Below are positions 13,501 through 27,394 of a stretch of DNA of 64,000 bases, piece after piece. Each line of letters starts with the position of its first letter. Position 1 is the first letter of the stretch. The stretch lies in contig NC_042999.1 of assembly GCF_006345805.1 (NCBI RefSeq), positions 64,356,001 through 64,420,000 on the forward strand. Reading direction: 5' to 3'. Under the pieces are notes generated by a model that made no database searches, was not told where the DNA came from, and was given only the letters and a program-made list of their open reading frames with translations. This stretch comes from Octopus sinensis (taxonomy: Eukaryota). The translations under genes were made by a program, and so were the position numbers.

Positions 13501-14389
13501 AAGGAAAATAAAATAATACAAATTTTGGTATAAAGCCAGTAACTTTAGGAGAGAAGGCTAAGTTGATTACATCAACCCAAGTGTTTAACTGATACTTGTT
13601 TCATTGGCCCTGAAAGGATGAAAGGCTAAGTTGGCCCTGGTGGTGTTTAAACTCAGCATATAAAGATGGGTAAAGTGCCATAAGCATTCTGCCAGGCATG
13701 ATGGATTCTCTTCTCAAAGACAACATATGAGCGTTCAGCGAAAGCTGAATGACCTGCACAAATGATTTGTTCAGAGTGATCAAGGGTTTGTGCCATACAT
13801 TAGCCCACTCTCATCAAATAGATGTTGCCTGAACAGGTGCACTGAGTGCCACACGTTAGGTGCTGACGTGATTACAGAGTGACGCAAGACGAAGCGTTTT
13901 GCTCAAGAACATAATGCACCACTCAGTCTAGGAATTGAAACCACGATCTCTTGATCATGAGTACAACACCCTAACTACTTGGCCATGTACCTTCGCATAA
14001 TAATAATAATTTCAAATTTTGACATATGGCCAACAACTTTTAGGGAGAGTGGGTTAGTTGATCACAACCCCAGTAGTTGACTGGTACTTTATTTTATTGA
14101 TTCTGAAAGTTAATCTCAGTGGGATTTGAGTTCAGACCGTAAAGCACCAGAGAAAATGCCACTAATAATTTGTTCAATATGCTAATGATTATATCAGGTC
14201 ATTGCCTTAATAATAATGATAATAAAGGTGTCAAATTTTGGCACAAGGCCAGCAATTTTGGGAGGAGGGAGACAGTTGATTATCCCAACCCCAATGCTCA
14301 ACATAAAGAGCTGGAAGAAATTCCACAAAGCAATTTGCCCAATGCACTAAGGATTCCACCAGCTTGCCACCTTAATAATAACAAGAATA

Positions 14390-14845
14390 TTGGGTTGGTG
14401 CATAATTATTGCAGCATTTTTTTCAATAAATTTTATACAACAACAACAATGACATGTAACAAAAACATCTTTAAATGATTATTCCGGAGCATATTCACCA
14501 TCTACTTCAATTACTGCTTCCCATTTGCTTGGCAGACGGTCGTTTAACCCTTTTGTTACTGTGTTTATTTTGAGATGCTCTGTGTTTCTTTAAATTAATT
14601 TTAAATATAACAAAGAATTTAGTAAAATAACTTAGTTATCATTAAGCTAGTGTTAGGAACATAAATTGTGAGTAAGGTTTTAATGCAAAACTTATGAAAA
14701 CAAGACATTTGTACTCAGAACCAGAGCCGGTTTCAGCCAGGTTGGTAATGAAAGGGTTAAAGATGTTTTTGTTAAATATTGTTATTGTTTTTGTTGGATA
14801 AAATTTGTTGAAAAAAAGAGCCACAATAATTATGCACCAACCCTA
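14390..14845. mobile_element. Mariner-derived MITE with inverted arms of about 85 bp
   Basis: gggttggtgcataattatt / aataattatgcaccaaccc, TA flanks, and a transposase C-terminal remnant. Confidence 0.8.
14548..14756. mobile_element. piggyBac-type MITE nested in a mariner-derived MITE
   Basis: TTAA CCCTTTTGTTAC ... GTAATGAAAGGG TTAA. Confidence 0.82.
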
Positions 14846-17800
14846 TACTATGAAGCTGCACTTGTTAGCTTTACAAACTCCATAGGAACTTGATGACTTT
14901 TTTAGCCTAAGTTATTTCTATTTTTTATACCTCTTCATCACTCGCCAGTCTTATGCTAGACATGTTTTATATAAGTGCAGCTTTGTTTTTCAATAGATAT
15001 AGACACATAGATATATACAGACACGCACACACACACATATACCTAGCATACAAATACAAGATGTTGAATGAGGAAGCAATGACTATATTTGATGGTATAT
15101 AAGATGTATTTTTTCCCCCACAAAAATGTCTGAAACAATTTACCCTGGGTCCTATATTTAAAGTTGGTCAATATTATGTGTTTTACAGCATTAAAAACAT
15201 TTTTTCCTAAATATGCACTGCTGAAACAGGGGTGCATCTAATGTACCCTTACATCTTTCATGCCATTAATACAGCAAATAAAAAGAATCAACACATTTTG
15301 GAAAGATTACCAAAATAAAACGCTATGCTTCTTTTATAATTCCACTGACATTTAGAATGTTTTATAGATATATATTGAGTGTTAGTGCACAACTTTTATC
15401 AGCTACTTAATTTTAACTCCTAAGTCGCCCAGTGGTTTTGTGAAGAATTAAATTCAGTTCTAAGTTGAGGGTTCATAAACTATAGACAGTGTGTTCTAGT
15501 GACATGATACAATTAGTTGAATGTTTGCCAAAACTGTGATCGCACCTTATACTAATTATTGGTTTGATCTGGAGAAAGGGACAGAGCTTATGGCCTTCAT
15601 AAACTTGTCACCATCATTTCAATGTGCACTTTTCCATGCTTGCATGGGTTGGATGGAGCTTATATGGTTAGATACCCTTCCTCTCACTCACCCTTACCAG
15701 TTTCCAAGGTAATATTTCCTCATAACCAGAAATTTTTTTGTAGAATATTGAAGATGTATTGCCTTCATTTACAACACTCACACAATGTCAAGACAAGGAG
15801 AAATAAACATACATACATAAATACACAAAGGGCTTCTTTCAGTTTCTCTCTACCAAAGGCTTTGGTCAACACAGAGTTATAGAAGAAGACATTTGCCTGA
15901 GATACCAAGGAGTGGGACTGAACCCAAAACCCTACTGTTGCAAAGCGAACTTCTTAACCACTCAACTGTGCCTGCATCTATGAGACTGGTGATAGCAATA
16001 ATTGCCAAAAAATGAATATAAAGTTTAGATAGTTACAAGGTGCCAAACTGGTTGAATTGTTAAAGTATTGGTATTGTTAAGGTACGTGGTTGATGCCAGC
16101 ACCACCTTGACTGGCTTCTGTGCTGGTGGCATGTAAAAAGCACCAACCAATCGTGGCCGTTGCCTGCCCCCACTGGCACCTGTGCCGGTGGCATGAAAAG
16201 AGCACCCACTACACTCACGGAGTGGTTGGCGTTAGGAAGGGCATCCAGCTGTAGAAACACTACCATATCAAACTGGAGACTGATGCAGCCTCCTGGCTTC
16301 CCAGACCCCGGTCGAACTGTCCAACCCATGCTAGCATGGAAAACAGATGTTAAACGATGATGATGATGATTGGATACACATGTCACAGTATTTGTTCTAA
16401 CTCTCTGCACCCTGAGTTCAAATCCCACTGAGGCCAAAGTAACCTTTTCCCCCTTTCAGAGCTGCTAAAAATAGTACAAACCCAGAGTGATAAATTTGGC
16501 AAAGCTATTAGAGGTCCATGCAAGATGTTTTGTAGTATCTGTTTCTGGCTCTTTGCATTCTGAATTCTGACAACAATGCCTGCAATGATTACCAAGCTGT
16601 ATTGGCTTCAGACAACAGCCTGGAGAGGGAAAATCTGCATGCTTGGGCAATTCCAAGTAAACCTCAAAAAAAGCTTGCATAGGCTCGTGCATACATGTGC
16701 TGATGTATGGTCAACATTGATTGATAGAGGCCCCATTGAGGGATATTTCTAATTGGGTTATATCAATCAATCGGCAGACTTCATCATCGTTTTAACATCC
16801 ACTCTTATATACATTCATGGATCAGACAAAGTTTACTGTAGCAAATTTTCCATAACCAGATGCCCTTCCTGTTGCCAACCCTGAACTGTTTCAAAGCATG
16901 GCCAGACATGTCTAGGCAGAATACACTCAAGGAGAGGTTGGCATTAAGAAGGGCATTCAGCTGTAGAAACTCTGCCAGATCAGATTGGAGCCTGGTGCGG
17001 CCATCTGGTTTGCCAGTCCTCAGTCAAATTGTCCAACCCATGCTTGCATGGAAAGTGAACGTTAAACGATGAAGATGATTGAAAATGAATAACATTGTGA
17101 TGTCACAAGGACACGGACACACCTATATATATGGGTTTCTTTCAGTTTCCAGCAACCAAATCTATTCACAAGGCTTTACTAGAAAACACTTGCCTAAGGT
17201 GCCGTACAGTGGTTGAGAAGCAAATTTCTTAACTATAGTCATGCCTGCACCATACCTTTTATTTATATTGAAAACCTGACGGCAAAAACGTCAACAAAGA
17301 ACTGCTGTTAACTATTTACCGAGGAAACTTCTACAGGGTCACTTGACCTGCTAGAAATAGCTGCAAAATTTCTCTTAAGTCACACATCACCATTTTACAA
17401 AGGAAAAGAAATATTGTACATGTACATTGTATTGTACATTGATCATAAGTCTGACCTAGACTGGACTAAGCAACAGTTGTTTTGTTTAGTTTCAGTGTCA
17501 ACCCTAAATGCATTGACATGGTCTAAGATAGTCCAAGATAGATATATAAAAATTCGTTGATTGGCATCTGTGCTAGTGGAGTGCTAAGAGCACCATTCGA
17601 GCGTGATCGCTACCAGCGTCGCCTTACTGGCACTTGTGCCGGTGGCAAGTGTAAAAACATTCGAGCGAGGTCGTTGCAGTGCCGCTGGACTGGCTCCTGT
17701 GCAGGTGGCACGTAAAAAACACCATTTGAGCGTGGCCGTTGCCAATACCGCCTGACTGGCCCTCGTGCCGGTGGCACGTAAAAGCACCCACTACACTCTC

Positions 17801-19435
17801 GGAGTGGTTGGCGTTAGGAAGAGCATCCAGCTGTAGAAACTCTGCCAGATCAGATTGGAGCCTGGTGCAGCCATCTGGTTCACCAGCCCTCAGTCAAATC
17901 GTCCAGCCCATGCTGACATATATATATATTTCTTTATTGCCCACAAGGGGCTAAACATAGAGGGGACAAACAAGGACAGACAAAGGGATGAAGTCGATTA
18001 CATTGACCCCAATGTGAAACTGGTACTTTATTTATCGACCCCGAAAGGATGAAAGGCAAAGTCGACCTTGGCGGAATTTGAACTCAGAACGTAACGACAG
18101 GCGAAATACCGCTAAGCATTTCGCCCGGCGCGCTAACGTTTCTGCCAGCTCGCCGAGGCGTCAGGAATGGCATCTATCCTCAGAAACCATGCTAAAGTTG
18201 ACACTGGGGCGCGCCGCAACTCGGTTGATCGCTGGATCCTATCAAGCAGTCCAACTCCTGCCAACATGGAAAACTGATGATGGTGGTGTTGGTGGTGGGT
18301 GTGTGTGTGCGCGCGCGGCAATATGTTTGTTTACATTTGAACTGTGAAAAGCACTGAGCTATAAGCGGTGACGTATTTATTCCTCCTGTCAATAGGGACT
18401 CCACTGGTTTTGCGCCTTCGAAGGCATGTGGTATAGAAGATCCCTTATTTGAAAAACAGGAAAGAATTAGCAACATGAAGGGCATTCGGATGCAAAACAA
18501 TGTTTCAATAATATAATCCTTGAACCCACGCTAGCATGGAAAAACAAACATAAAAACGAATGATTCGAGTGAAATTTGGCTGCAATTTCTAGCAGGTCAG
18601 ACAACCAGATCAAAGGATAACTGTTTTAGTGATAGATATGAAAAATGTTTTGGGGGCGTGGGGTACCTGAATTTCATTAACATCGTTGTTTGGATACCTC
18701 TTACTACTGCTACTACCACTTTCACTTGGAAATCACTAGAATTGTCAACACAAAACCAGGCATGTCTTCCCCTAACAATAACAATGTTTTGTGTCCTCTG
18801 CTGGAGTCTCTAAACGTTGTTATTGTTTACAATCCCCGCCTACTCTGTTTAGTTTGGATCAATCGATCAGTCTTATGGTCAAACGTCTTCCAGTTGCGAC
18901 CATCCCGTTGATACTTTTCAGACAGTATACAATATAACCAATGTGTTCTGAAGTTTGTGTGCTATTTGTAGCAATTCCAGAGACCATATAAAGGTTGGCT
19001 CTGACTGAGCAGACCTAAGATCAAAAGCCGGTCCAGCCACAACCATCCCGTTTATTTTCAAACAGAGTTTGAAACAACGAGGTTTTAAATATTATCTTGT
19101 TTACGATAACAAGGTGTGATTTAAGTGAAGTTTGTTATGCATGTAGATTGTCAAACGAAGGAGTTGTTGATAGAACGGCTAAAACGATGACGGTATTTTG
19201 TTACTTCCCTTTATAATTTGTGTTCAAATCTTGCAGAGGTCAATTATAGCCATTCGCCTTTCCCGGTGGTCAATTAATATTCCTACAAAATCATTTCAGG
19301 TGTGAATGGAACTAACTATAAATACAGCACCTAAGACTGAGATCCAAATAGAGATGGAGATGTTATAAAAGACCAGATAGAAGTGGGAACGTTTTCGTGA
19401 AAGAAGCAAAGTCAGAAACAATCAAAGTACCCTAC

Positions 19436-19528
19436 CTCTTTCTGTTTCGGATCCTGAGGGTAAACATCAGGTGGACCAAGACGGGGTTTCTTCAGTGGTC
19501 GCTGCTCCTGCGACGGATAAGAAGCCAT
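19436..19528 (-). CDS. MED12: Mediator subunit 12, coding exon 1 ([31 protein letters not shown])
   Basis: Near-identical to the conserved MED12 N-terminus ([22 protein letters not shown]). ATG at 19528, phase-0 GT donor at 19435. Confidence 0.97.
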
Positions 19529-19700
19529 TTTTTGTTGTTCTCGTTTGTAATCTCGTTTGGATGGGATCTCCGTTGAGTTGAGCAACGAGCGAGAGAACAC
19601 TCTCACTCGTTCGCTACTCAGTCGATCACTCATCGTTGGTTGTTGTATTATACTTCCGGTATAGTCCTAACGTCCGGTCCGGTTACGTCCACCAGCTGAA
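19529..19700 (-). promoter_or_regulatory. Probable MED12 core promoter / 5'UTR
   Basis: Locally CpG-rich. ETS-type ACTTCCGG at 19652-19659. AAAATGGC context at the start codon. Confidence 0.5.
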
Positions 19701-22589
19701 GAGTAAAGCATAAAAGCAATGAATCATTATGTTATTTAATAAGAAAATTAAAAATAAAATGGTTCCATACATACATTACATTGTATAGTTTACTTATTAC
19801 TAAATTTGTAAAAAAAAAAATTCTTTTAAATTATTGAAGATGTGTTCTTCGGATGTAATGACTTGGTGATATTTACCTAATAGATTTCGTTTTGTTCACA
19901 ATATTTCCTTTGATATATTCATATATATTTCTTAATCTTCAAGGTAATGGAGAATAAATAATTAAATTCCAAGTTGTTCCCTGATAATTCACTTCCATCA
20001 TATAAAATTATGTGTGGTGCCTAAGAGAGAGAGAATATATATAATAACCTTTTCGCTTTATGGTTTCTTCTTTGGTAGAATCACAATGTCTTTACGAAAG
20101 CATTTTAACCATATCTCCCGGTATATCGAAATAATGAAAGCTGTACTGCAGTACCACATCCATACGTCTTCAATTATATCTCATAAATGTCCCTGCCACC
20201 ACTTGTCGATTAAGAAGGGGCTAAATAAATTAGGTCAGGATCGGTATAAAGCCGATCGTGACTTCTGTCGGAAATTCTGCTGTCTCAATACAAGCCATGG
20301 AGACTCGTTTGAAAAAAATATCTCACTGCTGCTTATTCACAACTCATTGTGTGACTGCTGTGATGTTGCTGCTGCTGTTTATACAATAATTTAAACTAAA
20401 CTATTACTTATAGATATGCAAGTATATGTATATATACACAAAAATAGATAAATATATATATATATACATGTAGGAAGTATAAAGACCTCCGTTTATAAAC
20501 TATCCTACACATGTACACAGGCAGCGCTCACACACAAACACACCTCTGCAGATGCTTTCTTCTCAATTTTTGAAATAATTGTAAATGCTGTACTTATTAT
20601 CGTTTAAGTATTTACATTCTTTTTCCTCTCTTATTTAAATTTTCGCGATTCTAAATTTTTTTTTTTCAGTATCAACCTTTTTAAAATTTTATTTCATGCC
20701 GTAATTTTTCAGTCATAAATCAGCAGTAAATTCTAATAGGCATTTCTTTCTTGTCCTCTCTTCCACCTTTATTCTCTCGCTACCTTCTCTTCCTATCTCT
20801 TTCAGCCCCTCTTTCTTTCGTCTTTTATGTTCTTTGTCTTGTGACTGTCCTTCTTTCTTGTTTTCGTTCTTTTTTTCTTCCTCTTTGTCTGTCTTTAGAT
20901 CTCACTTTCTCGGTATTTTTGTCTGCTCCTTCGTTTCTCTTTGTCTTTCGCTCTTTTATTTCCTTACTTTCTCTATATCGTATTATTCGAGCCAAATAGG
21001 CAGCTATTGAAACCTTTATGTTGTCGCTCGGCCTGCCAGAAATAACAGTCAAGTCACTCCCAAATAAGGCTTACCATCTTGAAAAAGAACGACACAATGG
21101 ATACTATATCCTTGAGGGCATTGTGTGTGAGTAAAAGACAATATGGTTACGATCGGAATATCCTTGACCGTAGATTTACTCGATGAAGCTTGACCGGCAA
21201 TTAAGCAACCATTATGTCATTGTTCCTTTATCACTTTCTTTGTCATTAAATTTATTTCCGACCCTTTCTTTTTCGCTCCCTTTCATTCTATTCCTTTGTC
21301 TTTTACCATTTCTTTATATTTCCTCATCAAGCCAAAATGGTAGCCGCTGCACTCGACCTGTTAGCAATATTAATAAAATCACCTCAGAATTACACTGTCA
21401 CCTCCAATATCTCTTGTATGATCTTCTTTCTTCTCTCTTATTCGCTTTATTTTTCCCTCCCATTATACGTCTGCCGCTTTTTCACATTCTCCCTCACTCT
21501 TTCCTTCACTCATCGCGCTTTATTTCTCTTTCTTAAATCTCTCTCTCTCTCTCTTTTATTTCCCTGCCTGTCTCTCTTCTCGCTCTCCCTTCCCTCCTCT
21601 CTCCATTACTTTCTTTCTCTATCCTATTTCCCTTCTCTCTATCTCTCACACGTTCTCTTTCTCACACACGACTTACATTCTCCTTCTTTCTCTTTTTGAT
21701 TGCTCTTCCACACATTCCCATTGTTTTCTTTCTAAATCGTTTGTCCTTCCTATCCGCCTCTGTCTCTCTATCTCTTTCTCTTTTCCTCACTTTTCCTTCC
21801 ATATAGCTCTTTGTCTCTTTCTCTCTTCCTCTAACGTCTAGCCTTTCATCTCTCATCTCTCTTTCAACTTTTCTTCACTACTGCTATTTATTGAACCCGC
21901 TCAGTTATTTCCATATATTTCATTTATTTTCCCCATCTTCCAAATCATTTTGACAACTTAATACTCATAACACGTTTATATGTTTGTTTACCTCCATCGC
22001 TACAGCACTCGGGAAGAAGTGTGTTCAAGGGCGAGGAATTATAAGCCGAATCTATATCGACATCTAAAAACATTAAAATTAGACGTGCCTCGACATGGTC
22101 GCCAGATCGGTTAAAAACAACAGCCAAATTTCTCTTTAAAGCACCGATCCCACCCTAATTAGCTTAAAAAGAGAATGCGTAGAATATAATATAGATTTAG
22201 ACTAGATTCCAGGAGTCGAAGACTTAAGATCTCATGGTCATGGTTTACTTGTTTAAAGTTGACTTGCATTATTTAGCACAAGTACCACGGTCGTGCCAAC
22301 GAAGGACACTGAGCATTCAAATTGCTAGAAAGGACAGTAAAATCTCAATCAAATTATATGCTATTATCTTCAAAAACAGGGCGTAGATAATGCAGTCCTA
22401 TAGAAGACTGGATAGTCACCGATAGAATTCCCTTCTATCATCTGTTCGTTCTTGGAGTCATGTGAACTGAGTGACAGAATACGGTGTCAATGTCCTCGAT
22501 GAGTTCAAGCGAACAGTGGAGGTGGCAGTGGTGGTGGTGGTAGTAGTAGTAATTGCTGGAAGAAAATAAGACGGACCAAGGTCAATAAT

Positions 22590-23170
22590 CTTTTCTACTG
22601 TAGGCACAAGGCCTGCAATTTTGGGGGGAGGGGCCAGTCGATTAGATCGATTCAGTGTACGCAACTGGTACTTAATTTATCGAACCCGAAAGTATGAAAG
22701 GCAAAGTCAACCTTGGCGGAATTTGAACTCAGAACGTAAAAATAGACGAAATACCTATTTCTTTACTACCCACAAGGGGCTAAACACAGAGAGGACAGAC
22801 AAACGGATTAAGTCGATTATATCGACCCCAGTGCGTAAATGGTACTTAATCGACCCCGAAAGGATGAAAGGCAAAGTCGACCTCGGCGGAATTTGAACTC
22901 AGAACGTAGAAGCAGACGAAATATCGCTTAGCATTTCGCCCGGCGTGCTATCGTTTCTTATTTCTTTATTGCCCACAAGGGGCTAAACATAGAGGAGACA
23001 AACAAGGACAAAGGGATTAAGTCGATTACATCGACCTCAGTGCATAACTGGTACTTAATTTATCGACCCTGAAAGAATGAAAGGCAAAGTTGACCTCAGA
23101 ACGTAAAGGCAGACGAAATACCGCTAAGCATCTCGCCCGGCGCGCTAACGTTTCTGCCAGCTCGCCGCCT
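22590..23170 (-). mobile_element. Head-to-tail cluster of tRNA-derived SINE family B (further copies at about 4365-4596, 17926-18154, 23270-23660, 31305-31490, 52517-52745, 56508-56730, 62895-63113)
   Basis: Repeated motif ggcggcgagctggcag...gttcaaattccgccgaggtcgactttgcctttcatcctttcggggtcgat. Confidence 0.85.
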
Positions 23171-23666
23171 TGGACCAAGGTCAATAATAAACAAAGATTG
23201 TTTTTGTTGTCCTTCATGGAGCAGACTTGCTATCAAAGGCATTCTTCTTTATGGAAGTATACAGGACTATGTTATCTTGCGCCATTACGTTCTGAGTTCA
23301 AATTCCACCTGGAGTCGATTCTACCTTTTATCCTTTCGGGGTCGATAAGATAAGTACCAGTTGAACACTGGAGTAGATGCAGTCACCTTACTCCCTGCCT
23401 CGAAATTGCTGGTCTTCTGTCAAAATTTGAAGCCATTATTTAAGATAATATATAAGGCGGCGAGCTGGCAGAATCGTTAGCACGCCGGGGAAAATGCTTA
23501 GCGGCATTTCGTCTGTCTTTACGTTCTGATTTCAAATTCTGCCGAGGTCGACTTTGCCTTTCATCCTTTCGGGGCTGATGAAATATGTACCACTGGGGTC
23601 ATTATAATCATCATACTCCATCCCCGAAATTTCTGGCTTTGTGCCAAAATTTGAAACCATTAAGGT

Positions 23667-24057
23667 TGTGATTTGATAGAGGTTTTTTAACTGTTGTTTC
23701 TAGCAATGAATCGAAAAAGTTGCCCACGGTTGGTCTAAAGGCTCTTGTGTGAAGTTTTGTCTATGTGGTCGACATTTTGTCCGCAAGGAAAACGGGCACG
23801 TTCTAAAGACGAGGGTTCTTAAACGAAGGTACGGGCAGCGCCGCCTTGAGGTATGGGCACATGGATAGTTATTTGGAGGGAGGAAGGTTCATGAGTGTAG
23901 GGAGATCCATGCTAATCTATGTATTCTTTGGTTATGTATATACCTCTTTGCCAGGGGTTGTATAATGCTGTTATGGAAATCAAAGGCTGGAAGTATGTGA
24001 CTCGATCCCGAGTATCGTAACACTTTTATTAACGACGTTCGATAACACTGTGTAACA
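23667..24057. mobile_element. Probable solo LTR
   Basis: TG...CA termini with 5-bp flanks aaggt/aagtt (1 mismatch). Confidence 0.45.
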
Positions 24058-24751
24058 AAGTTTTTATTTTTATTTTACTTTATTTTTTTTTTGTCTTTAG
24101 TCAGTAAGTTATATTTCCTGTTTGCTTCTATCTAGAAATCAAAGGAAATTACTACTGTTCTCTTGAAACTTTGCTTTTGTCCCCTGGACATCAATGTTTT
24201 GAAACTGACCTATTTTCCATTACATTTCGCACAGATTCAGCGCGGAGTTGCTGAAGCAGAAATATAATTTTAGCAAATATTCTGTTCAGTATCACAGACT
24301 TGCTTGTCAGTTACTTGACCTTAACCACTTGAACATGACCCTTAGTGGCTGACAGTATGTACACCTCTGATCATGGACAGGAATAGTAGGGGAGCCTAAT
24401 AGCTACGAGTTGAGAAAGATTCTTTTGGATTTGAATAAATGTAACAAAAGCAAAGTTTGAAGAAACATTAGCTATTTTCCCATCCTTTCTCGAGATAAGC
24501 AAACGGGAAATAACAGTTGCTACCCAAGGAAAAATTCAAGTTATACAGAGAAATTACAACTTGAAAGACTGACAACAGTTTCCTAGAAGTTTACCAACAG
24601 CAAAGTGCGTTGGCGTGATCGGAGACAGAGAGTTCGATGCCTTTCCAATAGCTCCATTTCTTTTATACATCGAATCAATGTTTCATCATTGCATAAGAGA
24701 GATGTGACTGATACCGCGTCTTCAGAAAAAAATGTTTGTTGGATATTTTTA

Positions 24752-25176
24752 TCAGGTCATTAAGAATGAAATGTCCGATTTTCTTATGCACCAAGTTTGA
24801 CATTAATTAACTATGTTTTATCCTGATAGTTCTTTGCTTTACAACATTGAAGAATTACATCATAACTTTTCGAAATGCAATTCATGGTGTCTGATTATAT
24901 TGTGAGCTTTCTCTTGTAAATAATTTTTTGTGAACCTATGGATAGATCAAAAATTCGTGTTGTCTATGAATATGATTTCCGTCGTGGAACAAATGCATCC
25001 CAAACAATTCGAAACATCAATGAGGTGTTTGGTGAAGATGTGGCGAATGAGCGCAATGTACGTTGATTTGAGAAGTTCCGGTCTGGTGACTTTACTCCTG
25101 AAAATCAGGCCCGCGGTAGTCCTTAGACGAAGGTGGATAATAATGAGGTGGAAACTTTAGAGGAAGCGGATACATC
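24752..25176 (+). mobile_element. Mariner 5' fragment (TIR + N-terminal HTH, MDRSKIRVVYEYDFRRG...), cut by a MITE
   Basis: TA-tcagg start, ATG at 24938, FEKFRSGDF motif. Confidence 0.75.
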
Positions 25177-25613
25177 GGATCTTTTCGGTTTGAACGGCAG
25201 TTTTTTCTAGCGGTGTCATATGAAAATGTCACCCATAATTATGACCCTAGTATCGATCTATTGCATTTCAATCTGTTTTAGAGTTAGGGTTAGGGGTGGG
25301 GGGAAGAGTATCTTTTTTTCTTCACAAATGTAAATAAACCCAATCTGTTTCTTAAACGAGGGACATATTCAAACGGCACAGAATGCTGTTTTACCTCAAT
25401 AGAGGTCATTGATTGGTTGAAATTGCATAAACTGAAAAAATAAAAACAACAAATATTTTACAAACTATAGAATTTTCTCAATAAAGCCAAGAGAAAAAGA
25501 GGCGATCTGGCGATAAGATGTTTTATAAACACATTCTACCAGTATACGAAGTTAAAAATTTTTTAGTTACCTAGAAATTATGTTAAAAACTGCCGTTCAA
25601 ACCGAAAAGATCC
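25177..25613. mobile_element. MITE with about 29-bp GGATC-starting TIRs and an 8-bp TSD (Merlin- or hAT-like)
   Basis: TIR ggatcttttcggtttgaacggcagttttt. Perfect TSD gatacatc. Confidence 0.9.
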
Positions 25614-25869
25614 GATACATCTTAATTCATTTGTTCCAGAATTAAAAAAAAAAAAAAAGGTCAGAAGTTTAAAGTTTGGTCATTTTTACCCAGTCAGAAA
25701 AACAGCATTTGGAAGCTGTCATTTTGTGCGTGACTTCAATCATAAGACGACAAAACAATTATGTCAACATTGCGACGATAGCACGTGTTTTAAGCATTTA
25801 ATAAATAATTATTATTGTAAATAATAATCATTTAATCAATCAATCAATATATGTATGTATGTCACCGTG

Positions 25870-26148
25870 ATCACCGTGGCTCTCAGATGTTGCCACACAC
25901 CGCTGGTCACAATGCACTTCACATTGTTTTAGCCTTCAAATGACGCCACCCCACTGGCTAAGCGAGTAGGCCAACAGAACGAGTGAGAGAAAGTTGTGGC
26001 GAAAGAGTACTGCAGGGATCGCCACCACCTCCTGCCGGAACCTCTTGGAGCTTTAGGTGTTTTCGCTCAATAAACACTCTGGGAATTGAAACCGCTATCT
26101 TACGACCACGAGTCCGCTGCCCTAACCACTGGGCAATTGCGCCTCCAC
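25870..26148 (-). mobile_element. tRNA-derived SINE (family A), tail variant 3
   Basis: Reverse complement of the family A head and body, with a different 3' part. Confidence 0.75.
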
Positions 26149-26827
26149 ATGTATATGTATGTGTATATGTGTGTGTGTATATATATATATGAATATGTTT
26201 TATCTTTTTAATTCATCTTTTATTTCCTTAAACCATAAGGCGCAGCATGTTTTTTTAAATTTTTATTGAAGCACATCATATCTGTCTGTCAAACATTAAA
26301 AGCAATACCCACTAAGTTCATTTCAATTATTTTTAACAGTAAAGTTTTGATTAAATGACTGGATATCAAAAGAATTTTTTGAAATTCCGTTTGTTGACTT
26401 ACATCGTGGAATTTTCACGGGTCCCGTTAGTCAAGATATGAAAACGAGAAAAAAACCCCAAAAAACTTGAAACATTTGAATAGCAGTCTAAGGGACATAA
26501 CTCAGTATGAACCATTTTATTTAACCTGATACTAACGGTCGCTTCTGAGCGTAATATTGTAATATTGGTTTCAAATTTTAGCACAAGGCCAGCAATTTCG
26601 GTGCGGGGTTGGGGTGGGGAAATTGATTATTCTACTGGTACTTTTATCGACTCCAAAAGGATGAAAAACGAAGTCGATCTCGTCGTAAAGACGGATGAAA
26701 TGTTGCTACGCATTTCGTCCGGCGTGCCAACGATTCTGCCAGCTTGCTGGTTTAATGAATCAGAAAAAACATATTTGCTTGCTATTTCTAGCACAGCTTG
26801 CTATCAGGTGAGCGTGTGCTTTGCTTG

Positions 26828-26868
<41 letters not shown>

Positions 26869-26873
<5 letters not shown>

Positions 26874-27353
26874 CTTTACTCACCATAAGGTTGAGAAAAA
26901 GAGGGGACGATACGAGGACAGACAAAACAAACATTGGGGTCAGGGTATCGAATGAGACGAAACGTATGAATAAAAAAACAGTTAAAATATATACAATTAA
27001 ATGAGAATGAGTGATTAACAAAAATGAAGCGGAGGACGCGGTTGACCCCACAAACCACATACTCACACTGAAGACTTTGCTTTCTCCTTTTATATATTCT
27101 CGTTTAAACAGGTTCTTTCACCCGCAACATAGTTGCTATAGACTTCCACCTTTTACGAAACACACTTTGCGACAGGCATTTCTTCTCCAACTTTATTTTC
27201 CGTTTCATGTGGGAAACGAAAAAGTCGATTAGCTCGAGACTGGAGATGAACATGCCTGTTGCAATTCCTTTCACTCCCGTCTTCCATACTACCTCTTTCG
27301 CCACAGCAACTACCGAGAGAAAACAGGCTCGCTCCTCCCTATTCAGGGAGGTC
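26869..27353 (-). mobile_element. 5'-truncated copy of the same Tx1 family, followed by (TC)n at 26832-26868
   Basis: Nearly the same ORF2 C-terminus (LNREERACF...LRVKEPV*) and 3'UTR as 40135-40590. Confidence 0.92.
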
Positions 27354-27394
27354 AGTGACTGACAGATGTGTACTGTATGCAATACTACATATAG

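Noticed and set aside
682-17915. Internal subrepeats of family D as a CRISPR-like array
   Set aside because: The context is eukaryotic, the units are degenerate with no unique spacers, and there are no cas genes.
20014-20394. 126-aa plus-strand ORF as a gene divergent from MED12
   Set aside because: It has a GTG start, no recognisable domain and no supporting splice pattern.
25282-25300. TTAGGG units as an interstitial telomere (also 36520-36546)
   Set aside because: They are internal to both copies of a MITE.
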